In this document: positions 62,773-64,000 of the stretch, piece after piece
Layout of the letters: each line of letters opens with the position of its first letter
Position numbering within the stretch: position 1 is the stretch's first letter
Origin: Cystobasidiomycetes sp. EMM_F5
Lineage: Eukaryota
Assembly (NCBI GenBank): GCA_051047955.1
Contig: JBPGPT010000011.1
Coordinates: 1 to 64,000 of the forward strand
Reading direction: 5' to 3'
Length of the DNA stretch: 64,000 bases
Position numbers and translations under genes: made by a program
The notes under the pieces: model-generated
The model's input: the letters and a program-made list of their open reading frames with translations, nothing else
Database searches by the model: none
What the model was told of the DNA's origin: nothing

Positions 62773-63577
62773 GGTCAAGTGGATGAGTGAGTGAGTGAGG
62801 TTTCAGGTGTCGCACAGCATGGTGATTGCATTCGCCAGCCGAGTTGTGCGCAGATTTAGCTCATGGCGGTCGATATGCAGACTGCGACTCCGAGCTGCCG
62901 GACCAGAGCAAGCAGGGCGAGGAATATCAGAGTATGGGTTGTCCAAGTTGCTCACAAGCTGGCCATGCCCTTCGAGTCCTCGCCGTGACCTGATCGTCTC
63001 CAAGTCTTCCGAAGAAGGCCCGGCACAACACTCGGTTGCACAATACACGACTCGGGATGGCAGGAGACTTTACCGTTCATTTGTATTTACAGTCTAGAAT
63101 ATCATCTCCGCAGCTGTCCCGCAGTGCTGTGTTTGTAGACTGCTGCCCGGTCAAATCCATTGCAGTCGCAGCGGCAACTTGCGAAGAAAGGCCAGTCTTG
63201 GTCTCGATTTCACCAAGTGTACCAAGCTGCCGTGTATCACCAAGAGTATAACCATTATAAACGTCGACAACCCTCTGCTGTGCCAACAGACTGCTACTCC
63301 TTGTAAAAGGTCAGTCGGGCGCACTTTCATCTCGTCGTTTGCATGGAGAGCTGATCGGAGTCGCATTTCCCACATCTCTTGCCTCACTGGACTATTCTGG
63401 TCGTGCATACTCTGCCGCGTCGTCCCCTTTCTCTTCATCTCCGCCGTCCGCTCTGGCTTCCTCCCTTACTCTCTCGGCCTTCGGCATCTCTGGTCGCATA
63501 CATCCGTTAAAATTTCAAAATCCCCCTCGTACAATCTACCGGCGACTGTGCATCGTCATTGCTGCCATTCGCAGACC

Positions 63578-64000
63578 ATGGCTGCTGTGCAAGATACAAA
63601 AAACATGAGCAACGTCGCCGGCGAGGCAAACGGAGTCGCAAATGCAAGCCCAGCTCTGCAGTCGGCAGGTGAAGATGCGAGTGCCGGTCGCACGGCCAAC
63701 CCATCCTCTGGCAACGTAAAGTCGATGCCGACGACTCGTCGTCACTCGGGAGAGCACCCTGGCGTGAATGGCAACCAGCATCCTGCTTCTCCAGCGCCAA
63801 ACCAGAACGGCGGCAATGCAGCCAGTTCCGGTGCGCGTGGTGAAGAGTCGCTCTCTGCTACTCTGGAGCGACTGCGCATCGATGCCAAGCGTGCTGTGAG
63901 CGGGGCTCAGAATGGCGGAATGGGTCCAATCGGGCATCGTGGAGAAGGGTGGGTAGCGAGAAGGAACAGTCGATACACAAACACTGACGACTGACACTTA
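63578..64000 (+). CDS. 5' end of an unidentified gene, truncated by the window end
   Basis: ACCATGG start, low-complexity N-terminus MAAVQDTKN..., and a probable GTGGGT donor near 63949. Confidence 0.55.

Overview
Eukaryotic (fungal) genomic DNA: gene-dense, roughly 50-55% GC, with many 50-70 nt GT/GC-AG introns. The style fits a compact basidiomycete genome (Pucciniomycotina such as Mixia is my inference, not shown by the sequence). About 22 protein genes can be supported, mostly housekeeping: GCN2, NUS1, MIM2, pyruvate kinase, an ATF1-like bZIP, acetyl-CoA synthetase, COG3, ADA1, an MBD4-like glycosylase, a BRCT protein, an OSR1/FRAY-like kinase, AVL9 and an RRN11-like protein. The main finding is a cluster at 14.9-21.8 kb: an intron-rich DMSO-reductase-family (Nas/Nap/Fdh-like) molybdoenzyme with non-canonical active-site residues, a MobA Mo-cofactor guanylyltransferase and a stand-alone MoeA, next to an MFS permease. 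This suggests a bis-MGD cofactor system, normally regarded as prokaryotic, operating in a fungus. A second notable signal is a kinase intron (50030-50346) that looks like three abutting introns with zero-length exons. A degenerate repeat at the left edge appears to truncate an alpha/beta hydrolase. Exon boundaries were read by eye and are approximate.
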